Below, one piece after another: positions 63,401 to 64,000 of a DNA stretch of 64,000 nt. The stretch lies in contig JAHRHZ010000002.1 in NCBI GenBank assembly GCA_024137785.1, positions 10,953,263 to 11,017,262 of the forward strand, written 5' to 3'. The position numbers and the translations under genes were made by a program. The DNA comes from Ginglymostoma cirratum. Lineage: Eukaryota. Under the pieces are notes generated by a model. That model made no database searches. It saw nothing but the letters and a program-made list of their open reading frames with translations, and was not told where the DNA came from. The stretch's first letter is position 1. Every line of letters begins with the position of its first letter.

Positions 63401-64000
63401 TGCGGGGAGTGTCTTATGGTCTTATGGTCTAATACCCCAGGACAACCTTTGAGAAAGGGGCCTACTACAGGGGCATTTGAGTAATCTTGGACACTCCACT
63501 TCCCCTCCTGCTGAGCAGGAAAACTGGTGTGTGACACTGCAGCTGCAATATGCCTTCAAGCCTTTCCTCAGGTTGTGGTTTCACAACATGGAGGCAGCAT
63601 TCACTCACAATACTGTACAAGACACCCTCGAGGGACTGGGGACACCTTCTGGAAAAGTGACAAATAGATCTGGCGAGGAACAGTTTACACTTCAGTTGAT
63701 CCACTAATGCATCTTCAAACGCAGGTAATGCTTCACATCAACAGAATTAATTCACTTCAACATGGACGTTAGGTGGCAGTCGAAGCTCACAGACATACCG
63801 GGATCCAAGTGAATGGAATTCCTCAAACGTTGAAAGCTAGTATTTGTGTTATCTATTCATGGGATGACATTTTCACTGGCTCGATCAGCAAATATGTGCC
63901 ATCGCGACTTGCCCTTGAGAAGGTGGTGGTGAGCTGCCTTCTTGAACCGCTGCAAACAATTTGATGTAAGTCGGCGCACAGTGCTGTTCAGAAGGGAGTC

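Overview
Repeat-rich, intron-containing vertebrate genomic DNA. The repeat families (HE1/V-SINE-like and DeuSINE-like SINEs, CR1-like LINEs, Penelope-like and Tx1-like retroelements) point to a cartilaginous fish, probably a shark (inference). Most ORFs in the supplied track are spurious or decayed retroelement fragments. Genic content: (1) a five-exon + strand gene (26493-34707, 229 aa if spliced as proposed) for a type I membrane receptor with one germline-joined VJ-type Ig domain, NKp30/NCR3-like, whose tail carries a TIYSN tyrosine motif; (2) a disabled paralog (43185-47587); (3) a decayed last exon of a further paralog (1232-1280) inside a segmental duplication (about 1-6965 vs 33325-37257); (4) a full-length variant U1 snRNA on the - strand (17060-17223) with PSE-like and octamer promoter elements; (5) a CpG/NRF1-like promoter near 49.2 kb. 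The most unusual structure is an 8.9-kb insertion (10781-19702) that carries the U1 gene. It is bounded by outward-facing Penelope-derived ends bearing hammerhead-ribozyme motifs, an outer 14-bp target-site duplication and an inner 20-bp direct repeat, and a neighbouring paralog shows the empty site. It resembles a circular or array-derived DNA unit integrated by Penelope machinery. All calls were made by eye, without database searches.
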